In this document: positions 15,101 to 29,243 of the stretch, one piece after another
Numbering within the stretch: the first letter of the stretch is position 1
Layout: the number at the start of each line of letters is the position of its first letter
DNA from: Phoronis australis
Lineage: Eukaryota; Animalia; Phoronida
DNA: 64,000 nucleotides
NCBI GenBank assembly: GCA_002633005.1
Contig: NMRA01000061.1
Location: forward strand, 993,400-1,057,399
Reading direction: 5' to 3'
Notes under the pieces: generated by a model
Told to the model about the DNA's origin: nothing
Seen by the model: the letters and a program-made list of their open reading frames with translations, nothing else
Database searches by the model: none
Translations under genes and position numbers: made by a program

Positions 15101-18100
15101 TGTGACTTAAAACGGATCACTCACAGGTCAATTGAGGATGGCCTTGACCCCTGGCCTGCTCTGTGTATATGTGTGAATGTAAACGGTTGGGCCCCACTGC
15201 GCAATGACGGTCTTTCCCTCATGCCAGGCTGTACAGTGACCCCGTCCACTTCATCATCACTGCCACCGTCGTCACTACCGGTACTAGCCACTTGGGTAGG
15301 TTGACTGGTTCGACCAATTGGATGATTCGGCGGCAAAACACCAGTTAACAAGTTCCTCCATGTCTTCAATGACACAAAATTAAACATCAAGAAAGCCTTT
15401 TTACTAGAATTACGTTACTGGAATCTGTTGACTGTATTAATACTACAACTAGTTCTATTACCAGCACTGAATATGCAGAAAAGAAAATGTTCCTACTACG
15501 AAAGACGTCACAGCCACAAAGCATCATTTTCTTTTCTGCGTCACTCTCTGTAAAGCTCTGCAACTCTGGTTAACATTCAAAAGCTCCGAGTAAGGTTTCA
15601 AACCTCCTACGAAGTCCGCAGGATCAGCGGTGGTGACAAATCCTTTGGGCGAGTTTTTCAACGGTTTTGGGGAAAGACCCCTCGCCCCCACTACCTCAAA
15701 CACAGGGTACCACTTTGTGACACAAGGAGGATTGTGCTGCAGCTTCTCTCATTCAAAGGACGTACTAAGTGCGCAAACTCACAAGATGAAACCAGTCACC
15801 AAAACATGACAAGTACGGATCTTTTCAAGCAGACTAATTTATTGAGTTTCCTTTTAGCTAATGCAGGATAGTTAAGTTACCTCGACATCTTGAACCTACT
15901 GAAGGTAATAAGGTACCGATAGTGAACGAGCTTATTTAATCATGAACAGATAGTAAATATTCCTGGCTCTGCAACCGAATTATGCACTGATAAAAATTCG
16001 CAACAAAAAAAAACAATGTTATGTCTGCGTGTTCTCACCGCTTCAAACTCAGCAGCTGGGTTCCTTGGATGTGACAAGCCGGTGCCGTTGATGTTTTCAC
16101 GGTGCCTGAAAAAGTTCAACGCAAGACTAGTAAACCAGAAGGTGCGCTCATTTAAGCAGCTACACTGTATATAATCACCAGACAATCCACCAGTTGTAAT
16201 GACACCACCTTCTGGCAAAAACACGAACTACTGATTTATACCACTTACTATTTTAAATCAAGAGCAACGCATAGTGTTGATATGTGGCCACAGTGTGCAA
16301 TGCATAGTGTTGATATGTGTCATTGGTGGATAAAAATTTCATTGATGTACTGTAACTAATTACAGTAAACCGAGTCAATGGGGGCATTAAAATAGTCACA
16401 GGTATGCCAGATTTTGTCTTGAATAGTATGCATTGTATTCAGTACCTAACAGAGAAGCTGATCAAAACTCGAAAAAAAAAATACCAACACTGGCAATATG
16501 GGGTCTACATGACACAGATTCCAATAGCGGATTACTGTATTTGGTTTAATAAATGCAATTGTCCGTTTACAACTATCACTGCTCGCGTAACGTAACAAGA
16601 TAGTAAACAAAATCACATGTTAAAATCCTCCATCCCCTAATTACAGAAAATACTAACACAGCGCTCAGGTTTTCCAAATTTGCTCATAAATTTGAGGCCC
16701 TGTGGTCATTTGGCGCCTTGCAGTTTCCCGTACATTTGGGGATTTGGGACAAAATTACACCGATGCCAATACATATGAGTGAAAAACAACTATCTGAAAG
16801 ATTTTACTACCAGTTTGACTCATTTTACCATTGATTCCGACTTCATTACCTATGAACACAGAACTTACTCTGCAACTTCTTCTATGAAGCCCCCTCCACA
16901 CCTCTCACAGATAAAGTCCTAGAAATTTATAGAAAACAAAACTCATGTAAAACAGCGGCAGACAAGTGTAATGCTATAAGAGAAGATACGTCTTTGTAAA
17001 CCAGAAGCCCATTACGGCTTTCTTCGTTCAGTGAGAGCAAGAAGAACTTAACTACTTTCATCCACGGGTAGCCAGGATGGGTATAGCTAGTGCGAGCCAT
17101 AATTTACCAAAAAGCTTCCAGCTAATGGCAGCCCAGTGGGAAAGCCACCATCTGAGCCAGCTATACTGGCCTAGTTCAGACAGTGGTACTACCAGTTGTA
17201 TTGCCGGACTTCCAAAATGACGTATAGTCTGATAAAGCCTCTCCATGGCGCTTGCCAAGTAGGAGTGTCCAAACACAAGCCAACCCAAAGTACCCTCATG
17301 GGCATATTTTAGGTAACTGTTTGCATGTTTTGAAAATCTAATGAAATATTCTACAATTATGTAACATGTTTTGGTATAAAGTTATGTTTATTTTTGGCAA
17401 GACTTTAAAATTTTGAGAACGCGGTGTTACTCAGATGACTATTGTCAATGGTTTAATGAGATATTTATGTGATTATTGGTAACTAACCATAAATTTTGAA
17501 AACAGTCTTTGAGTGAATAATTAATAATTAGTTATTTTAGAACTGAATCATATGTTTGACAGTTTCCAAAAATACGCCCCCCCCCCCTCCCTTCCGAAAA
17601 GGTGCTTGGGCAAATCTTCGGTTCCACTTGATGTTTTGGAAAGATTGTTCTCTTAATATTAGCACAGGGGCCTACTTTTGATAATTACCAACAGCCAAAT
17701 TGTTTGGACGCTCGACTCTCATGCAGGGAGCCTCAGTTCAAGTCTCATTGTCAGAAGATTTTTTAATATTGGCGCCTAAAAAGGTAAGACCCACGAAAAC
17801 CCTGAGATGAAATTGTTCTAAGTGGCAGATGGAGAGGGTTACGGCCTGGTGGTGGTGGATCCAGAACACAAGGAGAGCGTCTCTGAGGGTAAATTCCAGG
17901 ACAAGAGTGAGTGATGCTGAGGGCAAATTCCAGGACACTAGGGCTTCGCTGAAATCTGCAGCCAGGAGGCGCACCTGTTCCGCGAAAGGGGAAGGACTGT
18001 TGTGTCACGCCGCTTCCAGGACTGAAATACAGTTCGTTAAAGCCTCTTCAAGCCACTTGCCAACACACAGTTGCCTCTTATCGAAACCATTAGGATGTTC

Positions 18101-18561
18101 AACTCTTGGGGAATCCTGGTTCAAGTCTCGGTGTCAGTAGATTTGTCAACATGTTTGGATTCGAGCAAAGTGCAGCTTTACCTTTATACTGGGGTACTAG
18201 AATATATTAAGAACAGGTTTCAAAGGCAAGGGGTGCCAGTGTGATTCCTACATCCGTATATTGCTACCATCGTTGTTAATTGTAACATATAAATTGTTTT
18301 CATTATTGTGTGTACAGCCTAGCTGCCCTAGCATCTCGACAGAGTGGCATGAAAACAGAACCCAGCCCGTCTTGGTAACATTAAACTTAAGACATAAAAG
18401 CTTTAAAGTTAGCACATTAAACTGCGTAAAATGTAGATGGTTGTTTCGGAGGACAAATCCATCATCACTCTTAATCACTATCTCATCATACGTACTGGCA
18501 GTTTCGGAATTATTTCTGCGTTGCACTGATGACAGAAATATCTCGAACCAGCTTCCGCCAT
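9157..18561 (-). CDS. RNF115: E3 ubiquitin ligase RNF115/RNF126 family (305 aa); exons 18561-18496, 16918-16869, 16105-16039, 15363-15125, 14529-14488, 14285-14201, 11989-11896 (duplicate 12683-12590), 10707-10592, 9315-9157
   Basis: Nine phase-compatible GT-AG exons total 918 nt. N-terminal Zn finger RYFCHQC...FICERCGGGFIEE, conserved [33 protein letters not shown], and RING-H2 CSVCFEQF...[26 protein letters not shown]. Probably co-orthologous to RNF115 and RNF126. Confidence 0.95.
9845..9961. repeat. 22-bp minisatellite, ~5.3 copies (CATTTTGCATCAGTGTGTTTCA)
   Basis: Direct tandem copies with period 22, in the last RNF115 intron. Confidence 0.95.
11270..11776 (-). mobile_element. Degenerate L1/Tx1-like LINE ORF2 C-terminal remnant
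   Basis: Broken minus-strand frames include ...GKIGVNTINN... and ...SRILAVKYH..., resembling post-RT motifs of Tx1/L1 ORF2; lies near a clearer fragment at 12241-12470. Confidence 0.4.
12241..12470 (-). mobile_element. L1/Tx1-like LINE ORF2 fragment (region just C-terminal to RT)
   Basis: VKSFLLPKLIHVLSSLPIP...LEKLFFHYIWGGKCDKIKRKTMIQHYEMGGCKMIDV matches the typical L1/Tx1 ...F.W.GK...I....L......GGL.L.D pattern. Confidence 0.8.
12777..13215. mobile_element. Harbinger-type MITE (degenerate)
   Basis: Imperfect TIRs AGACCTAGTCCC / GGGACTGGGGCT with A/T-rich flanks; the left part is also present in the duplicate copy ending at 12239. Confidence 0.45.
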
Positions 18562-18783
18562 CTTTCGGGAATTTGGGTGGTCAGATACTAAAAGTGTGGA
18601 TATTAAGTTGTTTGATATTAAAACTAAAATATATAGTTTTATCTCAAATTGTATACTTTGGTATTTTAAGTTCAAATAAAAATATGTTTTTAATTCTTTT
18701 AAATTTACAAAATTACTGTTCGCTTGTTATTTGAGTGTCGTCAATTACATACTACGTGTCTGTTTTTACTACCAGCCAAAAAA
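18562..18783. promoter_or_regulatory. Bidirectional promoter between RNF115-like and NDUFS4
   Basis: Divergent ATGs only 222 bp apart; both ATGs lie in YY1-like AANATGGC motifs (AAGATGGCGG on -, AAAATGGCTG on +). Confidence 0.75.
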
Positions 18784-21700
18784 ATGGCTGCCGTTTGGGG
18801 GCTTTCTGTTGCTCGAAATGCATTCAGCAAAACAAGTCGACATTTGAGGTTTGTATTTCGTGGCGTGTCAGTAGATATCGCTCACACATGTATCTCATGA
18901 ATGTTTTCGTCTACTCTAGCCTTGTGCTGTCTGCGGTTCTGTAGCCAGCTAGTTAGTTGTAGACCACAACACAACAGGCACTCTATTCTTCAGTATTCTT
19001 GTTTTGACAGTCAACCAGTAGGCAACACCTAGCCCCTCGCCTCGGTTGGCCGGTTAGGGGCTACTATACTTCCCATGGCTTTCTGTACTAAGTTCGTCTC
19101 ATGTATTTTAAACAGGCGTTAGGCTAGCATATAGACATAGGCAAGTGTACCTAAAATAGGACGGACACTTAATGTCGGAGACGTTGCATAAAACCTTACT
19201 TGAAGCATAATTTGAGAAATAAATGGCATCAATTTTTGTTCCACTGTAATGCATTCAATGTACGGCATTGTCTCGTTAGATATAGCATTGCCAGATTTTG
19301 ATTTCACCGAAAGAGGGTGCATTTTGACTCCCAAGTCGCCCTAAAATGGTCAATCACATCAATCTGTTATAAAAGTTGAAAACAAAATCTTTTTCCACAA
19401 TGTAATCATCTTAATAAACTGACAATTCACCACTATTTCATTTCTCATTTTTTTTTAATCTCAAATCAAACCCCGGCCGCGTACGTGCTTGTGTCATATC
19501 AAGAAGGCAAATAGGCAATGACCATCACCTCTGTTGGCCCGAACCAGAGGCGATGCATCTCCTATAGGCGCTCTGTACGCCGGAAGCTTTTCGGCGAATT
19601 ATGCCTCGCATTGACTAAACCATCAAAGTCACGTTGTTATAAATACCTTTTGCGCATAGAGGAACACCTTAGGAAGTTGTCAATGTGTTTAATTCTTTCC
19701 AACTCAAACAAATACTCCCGTTATGAAACGTGCTTTAGCCGTCTGCACTGATTCATGGAAACAACTTGGTGCTGTCATCTGATTGCATTTCATGAATGAT
19801 TTTGTTGCGAACAGAGCAATTGTATCAAAACGCACGAGCTGCAATTTGGCGCAATTTGACCGAGGCCGTTACTTGGTTAATTAGTTTTCCGCGGTTTGGC
19901 GTATGGGGAAACATAGTGTCCGATATTTAGGTTCACCAAAGGTTTGCTTGTTGTGTTTTTTAAAGATCATTCAGAACATAAATGTGGTTTAAGGTGACAA
20001 GACAATAGTAACAGAACAATTCCGTAACGATAAGTCTTTATTTCAGTAAAAAATTCCTTACAATCCGTAGTATTTCCTATTAAATATAATGCAAAATATA
20101 CCAATACGTCTGATATTAGTCGCTTGACCATACTTTCTTCAGCGATCCACCCAAACGTCACGTGAACACTTACGTCAACTAAAAATAGCAACATCTTTAC
20201 GTAGCAGTAGAGACGGTGATGCTCCCTTGAGAGGCTGTCGATGTCTTTAATCCATTCCAGCTCGAGGAAATACTTCAAGCAGCCCTTTGTTCAGTTGCCC
20301 AACTCAACAACTGGCCATTTTTACACTGCACGCGCCAGGATATAAGACGTCATAGTATAGCATCAGTGTACCCACGCAAGGTGTGAAATAGCACTAAAAA
20401 TTTATCGGAGGTTCCTCTCAGTGCCCAAATCACGATTTAAGGCAAAGTTGTGAGTTAGGTAATTGGTCAATGTTCACCATTGAAGGTCTACATCAGGAAC
20501 AATCATAAACATAGGCCCAGTACACGTACATTTACAAGTTATGTCCACGGTGAGTACTCGACAAAAGGCACATCCATTTCGGGTGTGATCGGTTGCAAAT
20601 CGCAACGTTTTCGCAATACAGTCATGTCCAGCATGATGCAAGGCGCAAAGCACAATTTCACGACATCAAGCATTTCAAGGTACAGAGATGTTAGATCCAA
20701 GCCAGGCACCGTAAGCAAGCACCACTAATATAACATTCAAGGCACTTATCATGGCTGGTTACATTTACACACGTTAAGTTGAAATGATAGCGGAAATATA
20801 GTACATCTGCAGCTCAATTGTCACAGTACAGCAGTGAGCCTGTAGGTAAACAAAACGGTGCAGCTTTATGCGGATGTGGTTAAAAAGTAGCCAAATGAAA
20901 TTACAAAATTGTTGACGTTAACAAAATAGATTCTTGTTTGAGTAAATTAAAATAGTTACCAGTGTTAAAAATGCAATTCTAACATTGTTCTGTAACTTAA
21001 CTAAATTTTTGGAGTGATCTTGTGCATCAGCTTTCAGCGCCATGCATGAAAATAAGTGTAGTGACATGTGACTTACTTGTGTGACGTAGAGTCATACAAA
21101 GCATTTCTAAATCGCTCGTCAAGTGGCAATTGCCTTTTGGCTGAACGGTTTTTGTTCAGAAATGTACATGTCGATACTTTTACACTGTTTCTTCAGATGC
21201 TACTCCAGCACTTCACGTTACGTTGGCGATCACCAGGAGATGAAAACGGTTCAGACAAAACCAGACCATGCTGAGATAGAAACCATGGAAGTTAGTGAAA
21301 AGGTATATAGTGTTAAGCCTGCTGCCTACACATGAGATATGTGTCGAACAAAATGCTTTTCAGAGCTATTGGTTGTTTGGTGCCTGCGGTTGACTGGATA
21401 AGTCAACAACAAAGCTTAACAATGTCAATTTTAAACATAGACCAGTTTACAAGTCTTTGCGACATTGTGTGAGCCTGAATGGTAACTTGCTGGACCTAGT
21501 TGCAAATTCTGATGTGCAGGATGGACTGAATTGAAAACCAGAAATGCATTTTTTGACAGACTTCTCATGCGCATTATTTTAATATCCTATCACATAGCAG
21601 TTGTGGCAATTTGATGGAGAAAGTCCCTGTTCTAGTAGCAGGTGCAGTGTAGGCGAAGCTGAATATTTTGTACACGTATCGCCATCTAGTGACACACTTC

Positions 21701-24700
21701 GTCAAGTGTCGCTTTTATGTCGGAGAATGTCTACTGACAACTCTCAATAGTCACACTTCGAAAGACGATTTATTTCTGCTCTGCTCGCTGAACATGCCCA
21801 CGCTTACTATACTAAAATCTCACTACGTTAAGACACGATATTGCGAACATGTGAAATTCTTTTTTCAAACTTACTCTAAAAGGCAAGTAACACCAATTTG
21901 ACGCTTTACCTTTTTAGCGCTCTGCTCCATAGCAACCATCCGGGGCTATTTTTGAAAAATTGTGGGAACAGGACATTTTTAGGGCTGTGAGAGTACAAAA
22001 GTGTCTTGTTGCTTAACCTTGTCTTTAATTCTTGTGAGCAAGAGGGACTGAGTTGACAGAGACGAAACACAATTTCTTTCATTCATAAACATTTTGAGGC
22101 ATCAGAAATTGTGTGAATCATATGAACGTCTCTCCGCACGAAAGTTGTCATTTTGATGGCATGATGGTCGCAATGGATTTATGAAAAATACTGGAAAATA
22201 TGCGTCTTTATTAAACACATACAAGAATGAAGAACGTAGTCAACCTACTAAACTATCGCCATCTACTGGCGATGAAGCATGTTACATCGTGTCACTGCTT
22301 GTTCTTTATATCGGAAAATGTCTATTCACAACAATGTTATTAAGCTTTTCAGAGTGAAAAGAGGCAGCTGTTTGTCATAAATTGGCGAGATTTTATCATA
22401 TACAGAAAATTGTGATTCCAGATGGACATCACATCCATCTCTGGAGTACCCGAAGAACACATTAAAAATCGCCATGTGCGCATCTTCATACCAGCTAAAA
22501 ACGCCATGCAGTCCGGCACATTCGGCACGCGGTACTGGCAGATAGACTTTGAAACTAGNCAGACTTCTCATGCGCATTATTTTAATTTCCTATCACATAG
22601 CAGTTGTGGCAATTTGATGGAGTAAATCCCTGTTCTAGTAGCAGGTGCAGTGTAGGTGAAGCTGAATATTTTGCACGCTTATCGCCATCTAGTGACACAC
22701 TTCGTCAAGTGTCGCTTTTATGTCAGAGAATGTCTACTGACAACTCTCAATAGTCGCACCTCGAAAGGCGATTTATTTCTGCTCTGCTCACTGAACACGC
22801 TCACGCTTACTACACTACGCTAAAATCTCACAATATTGCCAACATGTGAAAATCTTTTTTCGAACTTTCTCTAAAAGGCAAGTAACACCAACTGTAGTCT
22901 ACCTTTTTTGTGCTCTGCTCCATGGCAACTATACGGGGCTATTTTTGAAAAATTCTGGGAACAGGACATTTTTAGGGTTGTGAGAGTACAAAAGTGTCTT
23001 GTTGCTTAACCTTGTCTTTAATTCTTGTGAGCAAGATGGACTGAGTTGACAGAGACGAAACACAATTTCTTTCATTCACAGACAATTTGAGGCATCAGAA
23101 ATTGTTGTGTGAATCGTATGATCATCGCTCCGCCCAAAAGTTGTCATTTTGATGGCATGATAGTCGCAATGGATTTATGAAAAAACACTGGAAAGAGAAG
23201 AATGCAGAATGTAGTCAACCTACTAAACTGTCGCCATCTACTTGTCTGGCGATGAAGCATGTTACATCCTGTCACTGCTAGTGCTTTATATAGGAAAATG
23301 GCTATTCAAAACAATGGTATAAGCTTTTCAGAATGCTGTTTGTCTTAAATTGGTGAGATTTTATCATATACAGAAAATTGTGATTCCAGATGGACATCAC
23401 ATCCATCTCTGGAGTACCCGAAGAACACATTAAAAACCGCCACGTGCGCATCTTCATACCAGCTAAAAACGCCATGCAGTCCGGCACATTCGGCACGCGG
23501 TACTGGCAGATAGACTTTGAAACTAGGCAGCGCTGGGAGAACGCCCTCATGGGATGGCAGTCCAAGTAAGTCTCGTAGTTGGATGTTTGGTGCAGTGTGC
23601 GAGCTTCAGCAAATAATTGTGCTGGCCGGCTGGGCCAGTTACTTGAATATGAGACTACAAACACATAGTGCCTATGTGTGAAAATTTAATGGCCCAGCCA
23701 CCGGGCCAGTGTGTATTTCGAATGCTGGTTCAGTGTTTTGCTGTTGAACCTTCACTGACATTGTTCACATTGCCGTAATGTACATGTCTATAACATGTAA
23801 GTACACACATTCGTTATTTGAAAAACCACGTTCTTTTGGGCATTTCCCAACTTCCTTGAGTTTTTGTCAAGCTTACTGTCTGTTAAATCGTGGAATGTGC
23901 ACATTTAAGTGGTCGTATGATTGTTGTGTAATGGACTAGCAAAAAATGCTGCCAGTCACATGCAGAGTTGCACACCGCTTTCTCATGCCGGTACTCTACG
24001 AAATACCGAAACGAAAAGCACTGGTATCATATCGAAAAGAAAAGTATTTGGTGCCTCAACTGATTCTGTGAAACTGAAAATGAGGCTGATTTAATGTTCC
24101 GATGCTGTATTTGTCAATGACATAAATTGAACAAGAGTGAAGTTTACAGAGTGCTGTTAACATTTCATTTTCGTTGCGTGCAGTCTCACATTTAACAGGC
24201 GTGCTTTGGGTGACAAAAAGTGAAATGATTGAAGGACAATGAACGGAGATTCAGTTTTTTTGTTTTATTTTGTCAAATTGGCACGAACCTTATGTTCATA
24301 TGCTGTATATGCTTGATAACCCAAATGCCGAAAGGAAATGCGAGTTAAAACATGAAATGTCGTTAACTCTGGTCAGGGTCACAGAAAAAACTTCGGCACA
24401 TTATGCCTTCTTCCAATAACTTCTGTTTTTTGTTGGTACTCACTGGTTTGAGTCCAAAACCGATGGGCTAGCAAATCTTAGGATTAACCACTCCTCACTA
24501 AATGTTACACTCTTGCTCGTGGTGGCATAAATCAGATAAAACGCCAATTACATTCTGAGTTTGTACGTTCCTTTTCTTAATAGCATTCGGTGCCAGTATT
24601 GAATGAGTATGGTTATCAAATGGGGAGTATTGGTATAGCTGGCTATCGTACCAATTATCAAACACTGGTGCTGGACACTACTACTATAGCCGTCCCTACT

Positions 24701-26089
24701 CTGCTGGTGTAGCTAAGTGGAGATGTTGTTCTCCGTTTCAGTGCTGATCCCCTCTCGCATGTCAATTTGAGATTCAGAAACGTGGAGGACGCCATCGCTC
24801 ACTGTGAAAAGAATGGTAAGTATCCTCCATTCACAGTGAAATACGGGGTGTGTCAAAACATTGACCACAGTTGGAAATAGCTGCATTTCAATATGAGGTC
24901 TGTCTATTGGAAACACCCTTATTCAGAGAAGACGGTCTTCCTTCATGACAGTCCTCAAGTACGTTCTCATACAGTAATGCTCTGCTTGTTTCGCACAAAA
25001 GTGTCAAAATTGCCATTTTTTCATTCTTCAAAGCTGATTACTACTAATAACGTAAAATTTACAGAAAGTTGTTGTGTAATATCTACATAGCAACTGTAAT
25101 TCCTTGTAATAGGCTATAATTTTCTTAATCTTTTACTGTTGTGGAGAAGTTTGACGAAATAGAATTTCACTTGTTGGCCATATTGTGTGCTAAATAAGTG
25201 AGGAATTGTCATGGCAGTTTTTTTTCTCATGTGCTGTGATACTGATATTCGAATACAATTCACTTCTCATAAGCCTGATACGTTTCCAGTTGTAGTGTAC
25301 AAATGTATTGGGTACATTGTACCTCACATGCACTAGACAGTCAAGCACGTGCAATGGGAGTCTCCTGTCAGGCTCAGGGATATAATTTGTGCAAAAATAA
25401 TTGAGTTCAGAAGAATAAAATTTCAGTTTATGTGGAATTGTAGTTCACAAAAAGAACTTCATATTAAAAAGAATGGTTCGATGTGATTGAGAACTCAGAA
25501 TGTGGTGGAAGTTAGTGGAGTTACCTTGGCAACAAACATTTCTGGTTCCTTTGTGTCTAATAAGTGCCACATAGTTTTCATGGGCAATGTAAAATAAATA
25601 TAAGGCTTGGATGTTTCAGTATCTTCATCCTTGATATTAAAGTATAATAAAATAGTTTATAGGGAAAAAGTTACTTTAATCTGCGAGTTGAAAAATTGAA
25701 TTATATTAAAAAACAAAAATATAGATTGTGGTGATTTCTAATGTGTATCATTTTGCATCCTTATTCTGAAGATTTTCAAGGTCAGCCCATGAAATTTTAC
25801 ATGGATTCTGCATCGTATGTTCAAATCTACTCATATCGATTTGATATTATATTACATTGATTTATTTTTTAATATGGATTAATAGAGTGATAGCAACAAA
25901 TACATTATTTCAAGATGATCTCAAAAGTGGTAAATGCAATGTTTTCCTTTTTTGGTAATTGGCTTTACGGATTGTTTATTTTCAGGCTGGGACTACCATG
26001 TGGAAGACAGAAACTGGCCCAAGTTAAAACCCAAGTCATATGGTGATAACTTCTCATGGAGCAAAAGAACAAGGAGATTAACGAAATAA
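18784..26089 (+). CDS. NDUFS4: NADH dehydrogenase [ubiquinone] Fe-S protein 4, mitochondrial (174 aa); exons 18784-18848, 21197-21302, 23390-23565, 24742-24815, 25986-26089
   Basis: Phase-compatible GT-AG exons total 525 nt. Arg/Ser-rich presequence; [68 protein letters not shown]. Confidence 0.97.
21557..23526 (+). repeat. Tandem diverged duplication (21557-22558 / 22560-23526) around a single N, including a partial second copy of NDUFS4 exon 3
   Basis: Colinear ~1-kb copies with SNPs and small indels, joined at N22559. Confidence 0.9.
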
Positions 26090-27776
26090 CTTGGACTTTT
26101 GTAACGAAATTAGACAAACTCTTTGTTGCGGTAGTGAAGTAAAGTTGTAATTATGCCGTGTCTGCGTGCTGTGGACTCGGGTGTGCTGGAGGATGACGAC
26201 AATCGCTCTGCAGCTTGTTGCCGTCTCAGTCTGAGAAATCACAGCAAAAAAATTTGAAGACCCATGGCTGATGTGTGTGTGTTCAGGAAATGAAAAGACT
26301 GAAAGACAGTAAAATATGTGCATAGTTAATGAGGCTTGATAAATTAAAATTCTTAAGAGTATACAGTCTTATTCTGTCACTTTCCATGCAGGCTTCCTTA
26401 TTCCTTTATTTATTTTCTTATGCAACACCCTTTAGCCATATCCGAAAATATCACAGAGCCCTGTCTGAGTATGAGGTATTTACCCACAATGCAGTGCACC
26501 GTGTGGTACTGGTTACACAGTATTACACTGTTGCTGTGCTAAGCAGTCTCTAATTTTCCCAAAATTATTTTGACTTTCGTCATTCTAATGCTGGTAAAGT
26601 TAATCTGTTAAGCAGTGATTTTCATTGCCAACATGAAGAAATTGACAAGCTGGGTGTAGCCAATATATTGCTCTTCTTTTGTCACAGCACAGAAACCTTT
26701 TGCTGTTTAACCTTTATACAGAATTTGTTAAAGGCACCGCACTTTTCATTGTTCACAGTCTTTATTCCGTTACGTTCGTACTTTCGGAACAAAACTTTAC
26801 TCTCAACTGAACATAGATACAATAACTGACCTAGAGACATAACCAAAAGACACACGATATTTCGAAACATACTTGTTTCATTCTCAAGTGAAGATAAAAT
26901 GAGGCAGTACTGCCACCACAGAGTGTAAGCTGATGACACACACAGTGAGACACGGCGGGTGTGAAATACTGCAAAGAATGACTAATGAAGAGGGTTAACA
27001 GGAAAGTCACGCAAACAAGTGTAACGTGCGGCGCGACCCTGTTTTCTGCTCATTCAAAACGGGCTTCTCAAAAGCAATTAAAAGGGACTCTAATACTTTC
27101 AAACGCAGCACATCTTACTCCACCTTTCAAAAATTTTATCAACTACACAATCCGTTTTTCTACCTCTAAATTTGGATCATGAGGATTATTTTCTTGAAAA
27201 AGCATTTTGTTCTTGATGAAACGCAAATATTTTATCTTCCTGAAATAAATGTAGTCGATGCTTGTAATGGTCATTCAGGGAACAAAATGTTTAATTTTAT
27301 TTGGAAAGGATGCTACTTTGAGAAACTTTTCTAGATAACAGTTTTCTTGTTTTACTGCATGTCTAAGCTGATGCTGGTTGATTTATAAAGGCAAGCTTAT
27401 GTCTACAACAGCAGGTGACGACCCCAATGTTGATATACGTTATGAGGTAAGAGGCGGTATTACTAGGGTTAAGATAAGGCTTTACATTGCCATCATGATT
27501 GCCGAAGGCGAAAAAATTACCGAAGGTGAATTACTTGAACACAGAACTTACTGCCAAGCATCTTCCTGCAAACTTAACGAGGGACAATAAATTATTTTAA
27601 AATAATATTTGCCACTACTTGCATGCCCGCACCGGGGGGGGTCTCGAACGAGCCCCATATTTTCTCGAACGAGCCCCCTATTTGGCGAAGTGGGCAAAAA
27701 GGTCGGCCTCACAGAAACAAATGACCGAGAAAAGAGACAAAAGTCCACTAAAAAGGCGCGAATGTACAATTCATAG

Positions 27777-28590
27777 CTCTGAGCGTGGTACCCCGTTTTT
27801 TTTAGTCCTCCGTTTTTTTGTTAGCAAAAGGTCCACATTGCCAAAATTTCGAGGCCCCCTATATTTTAGGCTGGTTGCACGCATGATTCCACAAACCACA
27901 TCGGTGAATATTCAAGTGTAGATCACGAGATTTCATTCATTGAAATGCACCTGCTTATAACCGAGCTTGCTGACAAGTCCATATTTAGCAATACTTACTG
28001 GGTGTGTGTAAGAAAATGTAACCCAGGTATACCCAGGGCGTACTTTCTTAAGCAATATTCGTGGTTGAATTTTAGAATTTCCTCCAAGTTTCTTGGAAAA
28101 TGGGGCAGGAAACCCGTAAACGAAGTAAATTTGCGACAATTAATTCTTACCTTGGACGATTTTGTGTATTGACTCTCGGTTTNCTCTGAGCGTGGTACCC
28201 CGTTTTTTTTTAGTCCTCCGTTTTTTTGTTAGCAAAAGGTCCACATTGCCAAAATTTCGAGGCCCCCTATATTTTAGGCTGGTTGCACGCATGACTCCAC
28301 AAACCACATCGGTGAATATTCAAGTGTAGATCACGAGATTTCATTCATTGAAATGCACCTGCTTATAACCGAGCTTGCTGACAAGTCCATATTTAGCAAT
28401 ACTTACTGGGTGTGTGTAAGAAAATGTAACCCAGGTATACCCAGGGCGTACTTTCTTAAGCAATATTCGTGGTTGAATTTTAGAATTTCCTCCAAGTTTC
28501 TTGGAAAATGGGGCAGGAAACCCGTAAACGAAGTAAATTTGCGACAATTAATTCTTACCTTGGACGATTTTGTGTATTGACTCTCGGTTT
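27777..28590 (+). repeat. Near-identical tandem duplication (27777-28182 / 28184-28590) around a single N
   Basis: ~406-bp copies; by eye they differ only by one T in a homopolymer and one substitution; identical ORFs in the track. Confidence 0.95.
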
Positions 28591-29243
28591 CAATAATTTC
28601 CGCGCTGGCTACAGTAGCAATGCAGCTGGTAGTACATTTATTTTTAGTTCCTAGAGTTTGGGGACTAACATGATATTTATTGAATATAAGCCCGTGTTGG
28701 TCTGCAGAAGTGTTTAGTAAATTTAACTTCAACCCTCTTTTTTCAGTTTCCACACTGTCATGATGGGATCAATACTGTCGATCGTACTTTGAGTATTTTC
28801 GGTAAATTTTCACGAAATCATCCAATATATGGGCAGTCTTTTATGACTTCACTTTGAATGTGTGCCAGGTTTTCAATTCCCGAGAACTTTACTTTTAAAT
28901 AAAATGAAGCGGAATGAGGGAATCTCAAAACACAAAACAACAATGGCATGGAATGTACCAAATGATTTTTTTAATCACTTCTGAAATCTGTAACGTCGAG
29001 AACAATGACAGTGCGTTTTGGAACAGTTTTTTTGAAAATTAAAAGATTCTACCTACAAATGGTACTGATACGGAAACACTTATTACTTCATCTCAATCGA
29101 CATGTTAGTGAAGTAATAGTAATATTGAAAGTATCATTAATGTCTGTCGTAAATGTAATGCTAACTGACAACAAACATTTTGTGACGGCGTTCACTCTCA
29201 TGGCAACTTTATCGCATAAATCTCGCAATAGGTGGCGTGTAAT

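Noticed and set aside
17738-18140. GC-richer ORFs in RNF115 intron 1 as an extra exon or gene
   Set aside because: RNF115 exons 1 and 2 join in frame without it; no recognisable domain and no convincing donor site
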